Source of the DNA: Alphaproteobacteria bacterium
GTDB lineage: Bacteria; Pseudomonadota; Alphaproteobacteria; UBA7887
Reading direction: 5' to 3'
Length of the DNA: 64,000 bases
Assembly (NCBI GenBank): GCA_965216755.1
Contig: CBDCGL010000011.1
Span: 2,272,001 to 2,336,000, forward strand
Under the pieces are notes generated by a model. It was not told the origin of the DNA. It worked only from the letters and a program-made list of their open reading frames with translations, and did no database searches. Position numbers and translations under genes: made by a program. This document shows, piece by piece, positions 20,315-30,706 of the stretch (positions are counted from its first letter, which is position 1; each line of letters starts with the position of its first letter).

Positions 20315-21184
20315 CTACTCGCTGACAGTCGGCCCCACGCCCATCACGCGGGTTTGGCGCATGTAGCGGCGATATTTGTCGGCGTCATAGCCTTCGCCGC
20401 GGTGAAGCAAACAGCGATTGTCCCAGACAACCAAATCACCCGGCTGCCAGCGATGGGTATAGACATGCGTATCATCGGTCGCGCGCGCCAAAAGGTCGTC
20501 GAGCAGCCCGCGGCTGTCGGACTCGGTCCAACCTTCGATCGTTTTCGCGTGAGAGCCAACAAAATAGTTCTTGGCGCCGGCGCGGGGATTGCTGCGTACC
20601 AGCTTTTGACGCACCGGCGGCAACGAGGCCGCGTGCGACGGCGTCACAGCATCCGGGCTGACCTTGCTTCTGGAAAAGACATAGTCGTGGATCGCGATGA
20701 GCGGATCGATGGTCGTCCGCATGTCCTCAGACAAGCGCTCATACGCAGCGCGGGCACTGGCGAAATGTGTGCCGCCACCCTCGTCGGGGACCTCATAAAC
20801 ACACATGATCGAGACAAACGACGGCACTTCGCGAAACGACGAATCCGAATGCCACATATTGTTGCCGGTTAGAAATTTGGTCTTTTTGTGCGTGCTACCG
20901 AGCTGGGTGCCGTCTTGTTCGACATTGCCGATGGTGCCGAAATAGTTGATCCGCCCTTCCTGACCGAGAACAACGTGATTGGGTTCTGGCGTGCCCAACC
21001 GCTTGGTAAAGGCGAGTTGACGATCATCATCAAACGGCTGGTCGGGAAAGCACAAAAACGAATGCGTGTCGATGGCAACCCGAATCTCTTCCAACACCTC
21101 GTCTGACAATGGTGCCCTCAGGTCTATACCGTCAACGCGTGCTCCGAACTCCGCATGCAACGGTGATACTGTCATGTTGGACAT
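20315..21184 (-). CDS. TauD/TfdA-family 2-oxoglutarate/Fe(II) dioxygenase
   Basis: WHSDSSF, GGGTHFAS, WQPGDLVVWDNRCLLHR. Confidence 0.92.
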   Translation of the reverse strand: MSNMTVSPLHAEFGARVDGIDLRAPLSDEVLEEIRVAIDTHSFLCFPDQPFDDDRQLAFTKRLGTPEPNHVVLGQEGRINYFGTIGNVEQDGTQLGSTHKKTKFLTGNNMWHSDSSFREVPSFVSIMCVYEVPDEGGGTHFASARAAYERLSEDMRTTIDPLIAIHDYVFSRSKVSPDAVTPSHAASLPPVRQKLVRSNPRAGAKNYFVGSHAKTIEGWTESDSRGLLDDLLARATDDTHVYTHRWQPGDLVVWDNRCLLHRGEGYDADKYRRYMRQTRVMGVGPTVSE

Positions 21185-21343
21185 GCTGTCTCTCCCGCCA
21201 ATTCCCATAGTGGGATTGCATCACAGAGCGGCGCCGGATCCAAGCCGCGCGTGATGCACGACAGGCGCGCGCGGGCGCCATATCATGCCAGTCGGGCAAA
21301 CCAGCCAGATGGCCTAAGGCAGCGCGCGTACGGGAACAAACTC

Positions 21344-22159
21344 ATGAACCAGATATCGACCGTACGGCACGGTGCCGTACTGATCGCCACGATCACCAAC
21401 CCACCAGACGGCACCATGGATGCCGATACTGAGCGCGAACTGGTCGCCCTTCTCGATACCGTCGAGGGCGACACCGCGATCCGTGCGGTCGTCTTCACGG
21501 GCGGCTTGCCGGATGTCTTCATTCGCCATTATGACGTCGGCGTCCTTGAAAATGTGGCGCGCGACATGGCTGGCCGCGGTTTGACATTCAGCACGGCCCG
21601 TTCGGTGCCGGAAGCACCCTATCATGCGTGTCTGCGCCGAATCGAAACGCTACCCAAGGCGTTCATCGCCGCTATTAACGGCACCGCCATGGGCGGCGGT
21701 TTTGAACTTGCTTTGGCTTGCGACATAAGGGTTGCCAAAGACGGCCCCTATTGGCTCGGCTTGCCCGAAATCAACATCGGTTTGTTGCCTGGGGCCGGTG
21801 GAACGCAGCGACTGCCGCGGATTATCGGCGAAGGCCGCGCGCTGGAGTTGTTGCTTCATGGCCGCACATTACGGCCGCGCGAAGCAGCGCAATGGGGCTT
21901 GGTATCGGAATGTGTCGATGGTGATGTTGTGGCGGCCAGCGTCGCGGTCGCCACGCAGTTGGCGCACAAACCGGCACGCGCCATGGCTCACATCAAACGT
22001 TTGGTTCGTGGCGCCGTCAGCCAGCCCGTGGATCAGGGACTTGCCGACGAACGGACCCTGTTTTGCGATTTGATGGTCAGCGACGAAACCATCAATTTGA
22101 TGGCGGAATTGAACACCGGCCGACGCGATATTCGTGATGACGGCGCAGACAACCAATGA
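21344..22159 (+). CDS. Enoyl-CoA hydratase/isomerase family protein
   Basis: AAINGTAMGGGFELALACDIR, GLPEINIGLLPGAGGTQRLPR. Confidence 0.92.
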   Translation: MNQISTVRHGAVLIATITNPPDGTMDADTERELVALLDTVEGDTAIRAVVFTGGLPDVFIRHYDVGVLENVARDMAGRGLTFSTARSVPEAPYHACLRRIETLPKAFIAAINGTAMGGGFELALACDIRVAKDGPYWLGLPEINIGLLPGAGGTQRLPRIIGEGRALELLLHGRTLRPREAAQWGLVSECVDGDVVAASVAVATQLAHKPARAMAHIKRLVRGAVSQPVDQGLADERTLFCDLMVSDETINLMAELNTGRRDIRDDGADNQ

Positions 22160-22225
22160 CCGCACCGGTTTCACCGGCGCGGCCAGCGTCTAGAACGTCA
22201 TGCAGTCCGGCGCGACAAAGGTGAT

Positions 22226-23437
22226 TCAATCGGCGCCGATCACGTCGCCCATCGGCTCCCAGACCTCGCCGTTGAACTTGACCAGTTGCATTTGCTCGAT
22301 CGGGAAGAAATCATCGGGCCCGGTATCGAGCGTGATCCCCGGCAACAGCATCGGCACTTGGAGATTATCCAAGGCCGCGGCCTCTTTCATGATGTTCTCG
22401 CGGGTCAAATTGTCGCCGGCACGTTCCAATACGTGTGCCAAAGTCGATGCCGCCGCATAGCCATAGGCATTGAACAATTCGGCCTTATTGCCATCCGGAT
22501 GGTATCTATCCATCCACGTGATCCAGGCCTTATAGTCGTCATCGTCGAACCATTGCGGATCGGTTGGATCCTTCAGATAGACCGACGAAATCACGCCGAC
22601 CGATTTGTCAAGACCGGCGGGTGTCAGCACGGCTTCGACCGATGACGACACATTGTTCAGGAAATGCACGGGCCGCCATCCGGTATCGTAGGCCTTACGC
22701 AACGCCTGCGCCGCAAACTTGGGCGTGGTGATATTGAAAAACACGCTGGCACCACTATTTTGCATGGCAACGATTTGAGAATCAATTGTCGGATCCGTCA
22801 CCTCATATGGCTCGGCGATGGCGATCATACTGTCCGCCGCGTCACCCAAACCTTCAATGAATCCGTCCAGGTAATCCTTGCCGTAATCGTCATTCTGATA
22901 GAGCACGGCAATCTTGGCATCGGCGTGATTGTCGAGAATGTATTTGGCGTAGATCTTGGCTTCGGTCGGATAGGGCGGTTGCCAACCCATGCTCCACGGG
23001 TATTTCTGCGGATTGCCCCACTTGCTGGCCCCGGTGGCAACGAAAATATGCGGCACTTTCTTGGCGTTGACATATTTGTGGATGGCGGTGTTTGTGGGCG
23101 TGCCGAGGGTTTGGAATAGCAGCAGGACCTGTTCCTGCTCGACCAATTTGCGTACCTGTTCGACCGTTTTCGGCGGGCTGTAGCCGTCGTCCAGCGTGAT
23201 GAAATTGATCTGACGCCCGTTGATGCCCCCCTGATCGTTGATCATGTCGAAATAGGCGGAGATCGCCTTGCCGATCGCGCCATAGGCCGAGGCAGGCCCG
23301 CTATAGGGGTTGGTGTTGCCGATTTTGATCTCGGTGTCGCTGGCGCCCACGTCATAGGTGCCGTCCGCAAGGGCGGTCCCGGTGGTCGCAAGCAGCGACG
23401 CGACAAAAAATGTGCCAAGCCACGAGTTCTTGATCAT
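22226..23437 (-). CDS. Liv-type ABC transporter substrate-binding protein
   Basis: Signal peptide, IKIGNTNPYSGPASAYG, DDGYSPPKTVEQ. Confidence 0.92.
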   Translation of the reverse strand: MIKNSWLGTFFVASLLATTGTALADGTYDVGASDTEIKIGNTNPYSGPASAYGAIGKAISAYFDMINDQGGINGRQINFITLDDGYSPPKTVEQVRKLVEQEQVLLLFQTLGTPTNTAIHKYVNAKKVPHIFVATGASKWGNPQKYPWSMGWQPPYPTEAKIYAKYILDNHADAKIAVLYQNDDYGKDYLDGFIEGLGDAADSMIAIAEPYEVTDPTIDSQIVAMQNSGASVFFNITTPKFAAQALRKAYDTGWRPVHFLNNVSSSVEAVLTPAGLDKSVGVISSVYLKDPTDPQWFDDDDYKAWITWMDRYHPDGNKAELFNAYGYAAASTLAHVLERAGDNLTRENIMKEAAALDNLQVPMLLPGITLDTGPDDFFPIEQMQLVKFNGEVWEPMGDVIGAD

Positions 23438-24495
23438 TTGTCTGTTCCTCCTGCAGGTTGCTTGTCCAACCCCATCGCCGGTATCTGACCTGATCTTGCC
23501 ATGATCCACGTCCCGAGCGTGCTGGCAAGTCCGGCTGCACCGCGTGGCATGAGATACATCAGCGAAATCAGGATCACGCCGTAAATGGCCCAGGGTGCCG
23601 CCTTCGATATCTCTTCGGCAATATTGGGAACGAACTGAATGAACAGGCCGCCGATCACCGCGCCCCAAATGCTGGCCAGGCCGCCGACAACCATGCCGAC
23701 AACCAAGATGATCGAGACCAGGAAATTAAAGCTGTCGGGCGCAACGAATTGGACCACGATGGCGCCAAGCGCGCCGGCGATGCCCGTGTAGCCGGCACTG
23801 ATTCCGAAGGCGAGTGACTTATAGATGGGAACGTTGACCCCCATCGCCGACGCCGCCACCGACTGATCACGAATGGCGACCAAAGCCCGACCGCTGCGGC
23901 TGTTGAGCAGATTCGCCGCGAAGATATAGAGAAGTACGACGACCGCCAGTGTGAAGTAATAAAGCCATTGATCTTGGCTGAGCGGCAGCCCAAATGGTGC
24001 GTCTGGCTTGATGATAACAATCCCTTGCACGCCGCCGGTCCAACCCTCAAACAGGTCGTATTTCAAGATCTGCGGCACCGCAACCGCCAGCGCAAAGGTG
24101 GCCAGCGCCAGATAATGTCCGCGCAGCCGGGCGGCCGGAAATCCAAACACAAACCCGATACCGAGGCATAGGAACCCGGCGACCGGCAATGTCAGGAAAT
24201 AGGGGAGTTCCCAGCGATCCATCATGATCGCCGCGGTATAGGCGCCGAGTGCGTAGAAGGCACCGTGGCCGAGCGAGATTTGACCGCTGAACCCGGTCAA
24301 CAAGTTAAGACCCAAAATCGCGATCGCGTAGACCAAAGCCAGGGTGTATTGGAAAGTTCGGTAGTCGGTTGTGATCAGGGGTATGACAAGGCCGAGCACA
24401 AGCGCGGCACCGAGCCCCAACCGACGCCATTGTCGCCCGGTCAATCCCCAAAACCGCGGCGCGCTCGCGCCATCATGAACATTGAGAGCCGCCAT
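23434..24495 (-). CDS. Liv-type ABC transporter permease (LivM-like)
   Basis: LGLNLLTGFSGQISLGHGAF, GRALVAIRD. Confidence 0.92.
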   Translation of the reverse strand: MAALNVHDGASAPRFWGLTGRQWRRLGLGAALVLGLVIPLITTDYRTFQYTLALVYAIAILGLNLLTGFSGQISLGHGAFYALGAYTAAIMMDRWELPYFLTLPVAGFLCLGIGFVFGFPAARLRGHYLALATFALAVAVPQILKYDLFEGWTGGVQGIVIIKPDAPFGLPLSQDQWLYYFTLAVVVLLYIFAANLLNSRSGRALVAIRDQSVAASAMGVNVPIYKSLAFGISAGYTGIAGALGAIVVQFVAPDSFNFLVSIILVVGMVVGGLASIWGAVIGGLFIQFVPNIAEEISKAAPWAIYGVILISLMYLMPRGAAGLASTLGTWIMARSGQIPAMGLDKQPAGGTDK

Positions 24496-24498
24496 GCC

Positions 24499-25383
24499 TT
24501 ACACCCGTGTGACAGCGGTTTTGCCGAACAGGCCGCCGGGGCGGAAAATCAGCACGGCAACGATCAGCACCAGGGCGACGGTCAGCTTGAGTTCGTTGCC
24601 GATGAACGGCACATAGGCGCCGAGCAAATTCTCAAGCACACCGACGATGAAGCCGCCGACCACGGCACCGCCCGGATTGTTGATGCCACCCAGCAACGCG
24701 CCCGCAAAGCCGTAGAGCAATATGCCCGACATCATGGTTGGATCCAAAAACACGATCGGCGCCACCATCATGCCGGCGACGGCACCGATCGCGGCCGCCA
24801 ATCCCCAGCCCAGAGCAAGCATCCAGCCGACCCGGATACCGACCAAGCGGCTCGATTGTGGGTTCTGCGCCGCCGCACGCATCGCCAACCCCAACGATGT
24901 GAAGCGGAAAAACAGATAGAGCAAAAGCAGCACGACCAGTGTGACGCCGATCGCGCCAAGATCGTGCATGCGGAACGAGGCGCCGCCCGGCAGCACCAAT
25001 GGCGTATCTGGAAACGGGCTCGGAAACGGCTTCAGCGTGTATGTCCAGATCCAACCCGCGACGCTGTTGAAGATCACCAACAAACCGATAAACACAATGA
25101 TCAGCGTCAATATCGGTGCTTTTTCGACCGGACGGATGATCACCCGCTCGATCACCACGCCGGCAAAAAACGATGCTGCGACGGTGAGAAAAAAAGCACC
25201 CCAATAGGGCATGCCCGCATTGATCAAGGTCCACGCGATATAGGTCGAGAACATCGCCATTTCGCCTTGGGCGAAATTGATCAGTTCCGTCGCCTCATGG
25301 ATCATGACCAGCGCCAAGGCGATACTGGCGTAAATTCCGCCCGCCGCAAGTCCGGCCACGACGAGCTGTAGGAAATATTCCAT
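24499..25383 (-). CDS. Liv-type ABC transporter permease (LivH-like)
   Basis: INFAQGEMAM, GLAMRAAAQN. Confidence 0.92.
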   Translation of the reverse strand: MEYFLQLVVAGLAAGGIYASIALALVMIHEATELINFAQGEMAMFSTYIAWTLINAGMPYWGAFFLTVAASFFAGVVIERVIIRPVEKAPILTLIIVFIGLLVIFNSVAGWIWTYTLKPFPSPFPDTPLVLPGGASFRMHDLGAIGVTLVVLLLLYLFFRFTSLGLAMRAAAQNPQSSRLVGIRVGWMLALGWGLAAAIGAVAGMMVAPIVFLDPTMMSGILLYGFAGALLGGINNPGGAVVGGFIVGVLENLLGAYVPFIGNELKLTVALVLIVAVLIFRPGGLFGKTAVTRV

Positions 25384-25397
25384 CCGCTTTTTCGCCC

Positions 25398-26111
25398 TTA
25401 ATAGCCGAGATAAGCCTTGCGCACGGCGTCGTCCCGGCCAATGTCGGCAGCCGCGCCCGAAATCGCTACGCGGCCGGTTTCCAACAAATACGCCTGATCA
25501 GCAAGCTCAAGTGCCAGCGACGCATCTTGTTCGACCAGCAGCATGCCGATCCCCTCTTCGTCGTTGATGCGGCGCATGATCGCGAACAGGTCTTGGACGA
25601 CGCGCGGCGCCAAACCGAATGACGGCTCATCGAGAAGCATCAAACGCGGTCGCAACATCAGCGCGCGCGCCAGCGCCAACATTTGCTGCTCGCCGCCGCT
25701 CAGCGTTCCGGCCTGTTGGCGGAAGCGCTCGCGCAGGACCGGAAAATAGCCCAACACACGTTCAAGATCCTCGCCAACCGCGGCCCGGTCGCGCCGCGCA
25801 TACGCACCCAAGCGCAAGTTTTCATCCACGCTCAGGCCAGTAAACGTGCCGCGCCCGTCTGGCACATGCGCAACCCCAAGCCGGGCAATATTCTCGGTCG
25901 ACAGGCGCTGGATATCGCGGCCCTCAAGTTCGATCGTGCCGCTGGTCCGCACCATGCCGCACACGGCCCGCAAACTTGTGGTCTTGCCCGCGCCGTTGGC
26001 ACCAAGAATGGTCGTCACACCGCCGGCCGCGACCGAAAAATCAATGCCGAACAGAACCTGAGTCGAACCATAGGCGGCCTCAAGACCGCGCACCTCTAAC
26101 AGCGACGACAT
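25398..26111 (-). CDS. Liv-type ABC ATPase (LivF-like)
   Basis: GANGAGKT, LSGGEQQMLA, LLDEPSFGLAP. Confidence 0.93.
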   Translation of the reverse strand: MSSLLEVRGLEAAYGSTQVLFGIDFSVAAGGVTTILGANGAGKTTSLRAVCGMVRTSGTIELEGRDIQRLSTENIARLGVAHVPDGRGTFTGLSVDENLRLGAYARRDRAAVGEDLERVLGYFPVLRERFRQQAGTLSGGEQQMLALARALMLRPRLMLLDEPSFGLAPRVVQDLFAIMRRINDEEGIGMLLVEQDASLALELADQAYLLETGRVAISGAAADIGRDDAVRKAYLGY

Positions 26112-26989
26112 TACTCGTCGGTGCCCAAATAGGCTTGGATCACAGCCGGATCATTGCGCACCTCATCGGGCGTACCCGCGGCGATGGTGCGCCCAAAATC
26201 GAGCACAATGACTTGGTCAGAGATCGGCATCACCAAGCCCATGTGATGCTCCACCAGCAACACCGTGACGCCGCGGGCGTCGCGCACCGTCTTGATCAGA
26301 GCCCCGAGCGCGTTGACTTCCTCATGATTGAGGCCGCCGGCGGGTTCGTCCATCAGCAACAACCGCGGCCGGCAGGCCAGCGCCCGGGCGAGCTCGACAC
26401 GTTTGCGCGTGCCGAACGGCAAACCCGCGACAACGTCCTGAGCAACCGCATTCAAATCCAGAAAATCGATGACATCGGCGGCCGTGGCACGCAGAACAGT
26501 CTCCTCGGCACGACATTGCCGAATCCGCAACGCATTGCCCAGAAAGCCGCTACGGCTCCAGTGGTGACAGCCCAACAGCACATTGTCGAAAACGGTCATG
26601 GTGTCGAACAGCGCCAGGTTCTGAAAGGTCCGGCCAATGCCCATACCAGCGATGTCGTGGGGCGCCGCGTCGAGCAACGACCGCCCGTCGAGTTCAATCT
26701 CGCCCGATAACGGCGTGTAGAGCCGGTTGAGACAATTAAAAAGCGTTGTTTTGCCGGCGCCATTGGGGCCGATCAGAGCAACGATTTGGCCACTCGGCAC
26801 CTCAAACGTGACCGAATCCAGCGCGACAATGCCGCCAAAGCGGACGACGATGTCACGCACACGCAATAGCGGTTGGGCGGCGCCGGTCGCCGCGCCGATC
26901 GGTTCACAGGCGGCGCCGCGCACCGTCTCAGACGCCATCATGTCGGCTGTCGTGACCACAGCCCGACCGGTCGCGCGATCCGATCGCAA
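26111..26989 (-). CDS. Liv-type ABC ATPase (LivG-like)
   Basis: GPNGAGKTT, RTFQN, LLMDEPAGG, VIQAYLG; start uncertain. Confidence 0.92.
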   Translation of the reverse strand: MRSDRATGRAVVTTADMMASETVRGAACEPIGAATGAAQPLLRVRDIVVRFGGIVALDSVTFEVPSGQIVALIGPNGAGKTTLFNCLNRLYTPLSGEIELDGRSLLDAAPHDIAGMGIGRTFQNLALFDTMTVFDNVLLGCHHWSRSGFLGNALRIRQCRAEETVLRATAADVIDFLDLNAVAQDVVAGLPFGTRKRVELARALACRPRLLLMDEPAGGLNHEEVNALGALIKTVRDARGVTVLLVEHHMGLVMPISDQVIVLDFGRTIAAGTPDEVRNDPAVIQAYLGTDE

Positions 26990-27115
26990 CAGCGGCGCAA
27001 TTCATGTCGGTCCCCCCATTTGAGCCGTTGTTCGGCCCGCACTTACCTTTATCGGTGTGTCTTTATCAGTGTGGCGAGAATTGATGAGACAGGTCAACCC
27101 CGTGCGACGTCTTGG

Positions 27116-27868
27116 CTAGTGGCGGTAGTCAGGCTGCTCCCGGTCCAATTTGCGGCGCAGCGCGGCGAAATGGCGTCGGTAGTTCGACGCCGCGCCTGAT
27201 CCCTCGGTCTCAATCTGCTCAAAAACTTTGCGGATCATATCTTCTGGGATCAGCTTGAGCGGCCGTCCGGTGGACATGGCCAGAACCTGGGCGCGGCACG
27301 CCCGGTCCAAGTAGTAGAGATCTTCCCATGCGCCAGCGACCGAGTCAGAGGCCACGGTCACACCGTGGTTGGCCATGAACAACACGTCCTTGTCACCCAG
27401 CGCCCGCGCGATGCGATCGCCTTCATCCCAACCCAGCGCCGCGCCACCATATTCGTCGTCATAAGCAACTCGGTCAAAAAAACGGCAGGCGTTTTGATCC
27501 GCGGTGAGCAAGCGGCCGTCTTCGATCATGCACAGGGCCAAGGCATACGGCATGTGGGTGTGCATGACGCAGCGGCCGTCGGGCCGTGCCTTGTGGATCG
27601 CGGCGTGAATGTAGAAAGCACTCGGCTCCACGTAACCGTCTCCGGCACGCTTTTCGCCGTTGAAGTCCACGACCATCAAGCGACTGGCGGTGACCTCGGC
27701 CCAATGCAGCCCATAGGGGATCAGAAAGAACCGATCGTCATACCCCGGCACCATCAAGGTCAGATGATTGCAGATCCCCTCGCTAAAGCCATGCTGGTCG
27801 GCCAACCGATAGGCCGCAGCCAAGTCTTCCCGCGCCGTTTGCTCGGCATCTTGACCGGTGTCGTTCAT
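27116..27868 (-). CDS. Class II aldolase/adducin family protein
   Basis: EGICNHLT, IHAAIH, MHTH, MANHGV. Confidence 0.9.
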   Translation of the reverse strand: MNDTGQDAEQTAREDLAAAYRLADQHGFSEGICNHLTLMVPGYDDRFFLIPYGLHWAEVTASRLMVVDFNGEKRAGDGYVEPSAFYIHAAIHKARPDGRCVMHTHMPYALALCMIEDGRLLTADQNACRFFDRVAYDDEYGGAALGWDEGDRIARALGDKDVLFMANHGVTVASDSVAGAWEDLYYLDRACRAQVLAMSTGRPLKLIPEDMIRKVFEQIETEGSGAASNYRRHFAALRRKLDREQPDYRH

Positions 27869-28110
27869 GGGTCCTCCCTACTCCGATCGATGGGTTGCCA
27901 CCTGCGCGCAAAATATTGAACAAAACAAGAACACACAGGCTCGACCTCGAATTACATAGGGCGGCCGACCGCGACAAGGGAACTGGTCAGCCCTGGTAAA
28001 TCTTTATGCCCAGCGGGTCGCCAATTCGCTCACAGATTTCATCGAAAGTTTACCCGTTGCCAGTAGACCGGACCGTATCCGCGCCGAAATCGGCGCCGGC
28101 GAGGAGACCG

Positions 28111-29793
28111 ATGGCCGCTTCCCAAGACAGCACGCTGCGCTTCGAACGCGACCGATTTGTCGCGTTTGCTTTTGCCGCCGCGGACCTGCTGCTGGAAACC
28201 GATGCCGCGGGCACGATCCAATATGCCTTTGGCGCCGTGCGCGGCCTGACCAAAAGCACCGAGAGCGCGTTGCGCGGTACCAAGCTCCTCGATTTGTTCA
28301 GCGATCAGGACAAACCCGTTGCCACACATTTGCTGGCCCGGCTGAAAGATGGCAATCGTATGTTGCCGACGCGGGTCGCGCTGAAAACTGAGGCAGGCAT
28401 CCCGGCCCAAGCCTTGATGGGCGGTTGCCGCCTGCCGAACGCGGCGGGGCGTACTTTCGTCACTTTCACGATGGTCGCCGGCCTGCCGCCACGCGTTGTC
28501 GGCTTTGGCAAAGCTGGGCTCTATGATCGCGACCAATTTGACGAGATCGCCTGCCAGCGATTGGCTTCGACGCGGCAGACCGCCGTCGACGCCAAACTTG
28601 CGCTGTTCGTCGCCGACGGCTTGGCAATATTACGGGAACAGGGCGACCAGGACACGGTCGATCGGTTTTTGGACCAGTTCGCATCGATCCTGCGGGCCAG
28701 CGCCATCGGCGATGCCGCGGGCGAGATCGACATGGAGAAATTTGGCCTGGTGTTTGACGGCAACCAGAAGATCTCACTTGTCGAAAACGCCGCCCAGTCC
28801 GCCCTCGATGCCCTGGGCCTTAGCGATCGTGTCAAGCTCACGTGCGATGTCATCGATCTCGACCCGGGCCGCCTTAGCGACGCGGACGCCGGCCGGGCCT
28901 TGTCATACGCGCTGCGGCTTTTTCGGTCCAACGACTCCGACGGCTTCACGCTTACATCGTTGAGCGACGGTGCCGAGGCCATCCTGCGCGACACGCTGCC
29001 ACGGCTGGAACGCCTGCGCGATACCATCGACGACCGTGCTTTCGACATCGTGTTTCAGCCCGTGGTCCACCTTAACGGTCACAAAGTGCACTATTTCGAG
29101 GCACTGACTCGCATGACCGGCGTCGGCACGCCGGGCGAAATGATCTCGTTCGCCGAAGAAATCGGCGCGCCGACCGATTTCGATCTGGCGGTGTGCAAAA
29201 GCGTATTGGAAAACCTGGCTACACAGGCGCGTTCTGGGTGGACCCCAACCATCGCCGTCAACCTTTCGGCACGTTCGCTGGAAGGCGCATTATTCGTCAA
29301 CGAAATTGTCAAGTTGTTGGCAAGCTACCAAGACGTGCGCAGCCAATTGGTGTTTGAGCTGACCGAAACGGCGTATGTCGCCGACGCCGACAGCCTCAAC
29401 CAGACCATTCAAGTGCTGCGCAATGGCGGCCATAAAGTGTGTATCGACGATGTTGGCGCCGGAACAACCTCATTCCAGTCGCTCTACAATCTGAAGTTCG
29501 ACTACGCCAAGGTCGATGGCGTCACCGTGCGTCGCGCCTGCGCGGACACGCGTGCCATGTCGGCGCTGAAAGCGATCGTCAAAGTGTGCGGTGATATCGG
29601 CGTGGAAGTGATCGCCGAGCAGATCGAAGACGAACGCGAGGCCAGCATCCTGCGCCAACAAGGTATTAAATTCGGCCAAGGTTATCACTATGGCCGGCCG
29701 GCGCTCGATTTCCGCAAATATTACAGCGACCCCGCGCCACCGCGTGGCCAGCGCGCGCCGCGGCGCCAGGGGGCTCAGTCGAGTTGGGGCTAA
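28111..29793 (+). CDS. PAS + degenerate GGDEF + EAL domain protein (probable c-di-GMP phosphodiesterase)
   Basis: FQPVV..YFEALTR, VNLS, FELTET, IDDVGAG, AEQIE, GQGYHYGRP; GGAG SD before MAASQD. Confidence 0.87.
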   Translation: MAASQDSTLRFERDRFVAFAFAAADLLLETDAAGTIQYAFGAVRGLTKSTESALRGTKLLDLFSDQDKPVATHLLARLKDGNRMLPTRVALKTEAGIPAQALMGGCRLPNAAGRTFVTFTMVAGLPPRVVGFGKAGLYDRDQFDEIACQRLASTRQTAVDAKLALFVADGLAILREQGDQDTVDRFLDQFASILRASAIGDAAGEIDMEKFGLVFDGNQKISLVENAAQSALDALGLSDRVKLTCDVIDLDPGRLSDADAGRALSYALRLFRSNDSDGFTLTSLSDGAEAILRDTLPRLERLRDTIDDRAFDIVFQPVVHLNGHKVHYFEALTRMTGVGTPGEMISFAEEIGAPTDFDLAVCKSVLENLATQARSGWTPTIAVNLSARSLEGALFVNEIVKLLASYQDVRSQLVFELTETAYVADADSLNQTIQVLRNGGHKVCIDDVGAGTTSFQSLYNLKFDYAKVDGVTVRRACADTRAMSALKAIVKVCGDIGVEVIAEQIEDEREASILRQQGIKFGQGYHYGRPALDFRKYYSDPAPPRGQRAPRRQGAQSSWG

Positions 29794-29811
29794 CTTCCCA
29801 ATTTCGGTGCC

Positions 29812-29910
29812 AATTGCGGTGACAGTTTACTAAATAAAATACACAAATGATTGTGACGCGAAAAAATACTGATACAAAATATGGTGTATTTAGTAAACTG
29901 TCACCGAATT
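29812..29910. repeat. AT-rich REP-doublet/MITE-like palindrome, copy 1
   Basis: CGGTGACAGTTTACTAAATA (29817-29836) inverted with TATTTAGTAAACTGTCACCG (29887-29906); lies between convergent genes. Confidence 0.85.
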
Positions 29911-29911
29911 A

Positions 29912-30601
29912 TTACCATTGTATCTTTCGACCGTCATAGCGCCGGAAGCTGCCGGATTTGCCAGGCCGCATCCGGTCCAGCACCCGCGCCAGCCCGGCAG
30001 CGCTTTCTTCAGGGCCGACGTCCGCGTTCGGTCCGCCCATGTCGGTGCGCACCCAACCCGGATGCAGGGCCACCAGCGTGATGCCGCGTGCCGCCAGATC
30101 GCCGGCAAGCAATTTGGTCGCCATGTTTAAGGCCGCCTTGCTGGTCCGATAGATATAAGCACCCCCGGACGCGCCAGAGATGCTGCCCATTTGACTGGAC
30201 ATCATGGCAACCTGGCGGCGCTCGGACGCCTCAATTTGAGGTAGGAACGCCTGAACCATCTTGACCGGTGCGATCAAGTTGATGGCAAACACCTCCGGCC
30301 AGCCAGCAAAATCCAGATCATCCAGCGTCTGGCGGTCGAAATCGCCAAAGACCCCGGCATTGTTGAACAGCACGTCCAAGCGACGTTCCGCCAAGGTTGC
30401 CGCCAAGGCGTCGATTGCTTGATGGTCCGTCATCTCAAGCTGATGGATGTCGACGTCATGGCCGGCGGCCAACGCGCGTAAGGCAGCGGCCCGCCCCGGG
30501 TCGCGGCAGGTGGTGACGACGCTCCAGCCATTTGTGGCGTAGTGACGCGCGAGCGCTAGACCGATGCCACGGCCAGCGCCGGTTATCAGAATGGTCGGCA
30601 T
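29912..30601 (-). CDS. SDR oxidoreductase (CsgA/C-factor-like)
   Basis: TGAGRGIG, NNAG, YRTSKAALN, HPGWVRTDMGG. Confidence 0.92.
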   Translation of the reverse strand: MPTILITGAGRGIGLALARHYATNGWSVVTTCRDPGRAAALRALAAGHDVDIHQLEMTDHQAIDALAATLAERRLDVLFNNAGVFGDFDRQTLDDLDFAGWPEVFAINLIAPVKMVQAFLPQIEASERRQVAMMSSQMGSISGASGGAYIYRTSKAALNMATKLLAGDLAARGITLVALHPGWVRTDMGGPNADVGPEESAAGLARVLDRMRPGKSGSFRRYDGRKIQW

Positions 30602-30706
30602 GTCCCCTCTCCCGATGTCGTCGCGATTCCCAACCGGACGTTGCGACCTATCGCCGTCGCGGCCTTGTCTTCATGACCATCAATACCCGCCGCGCCGACG
30701 CAAAAG

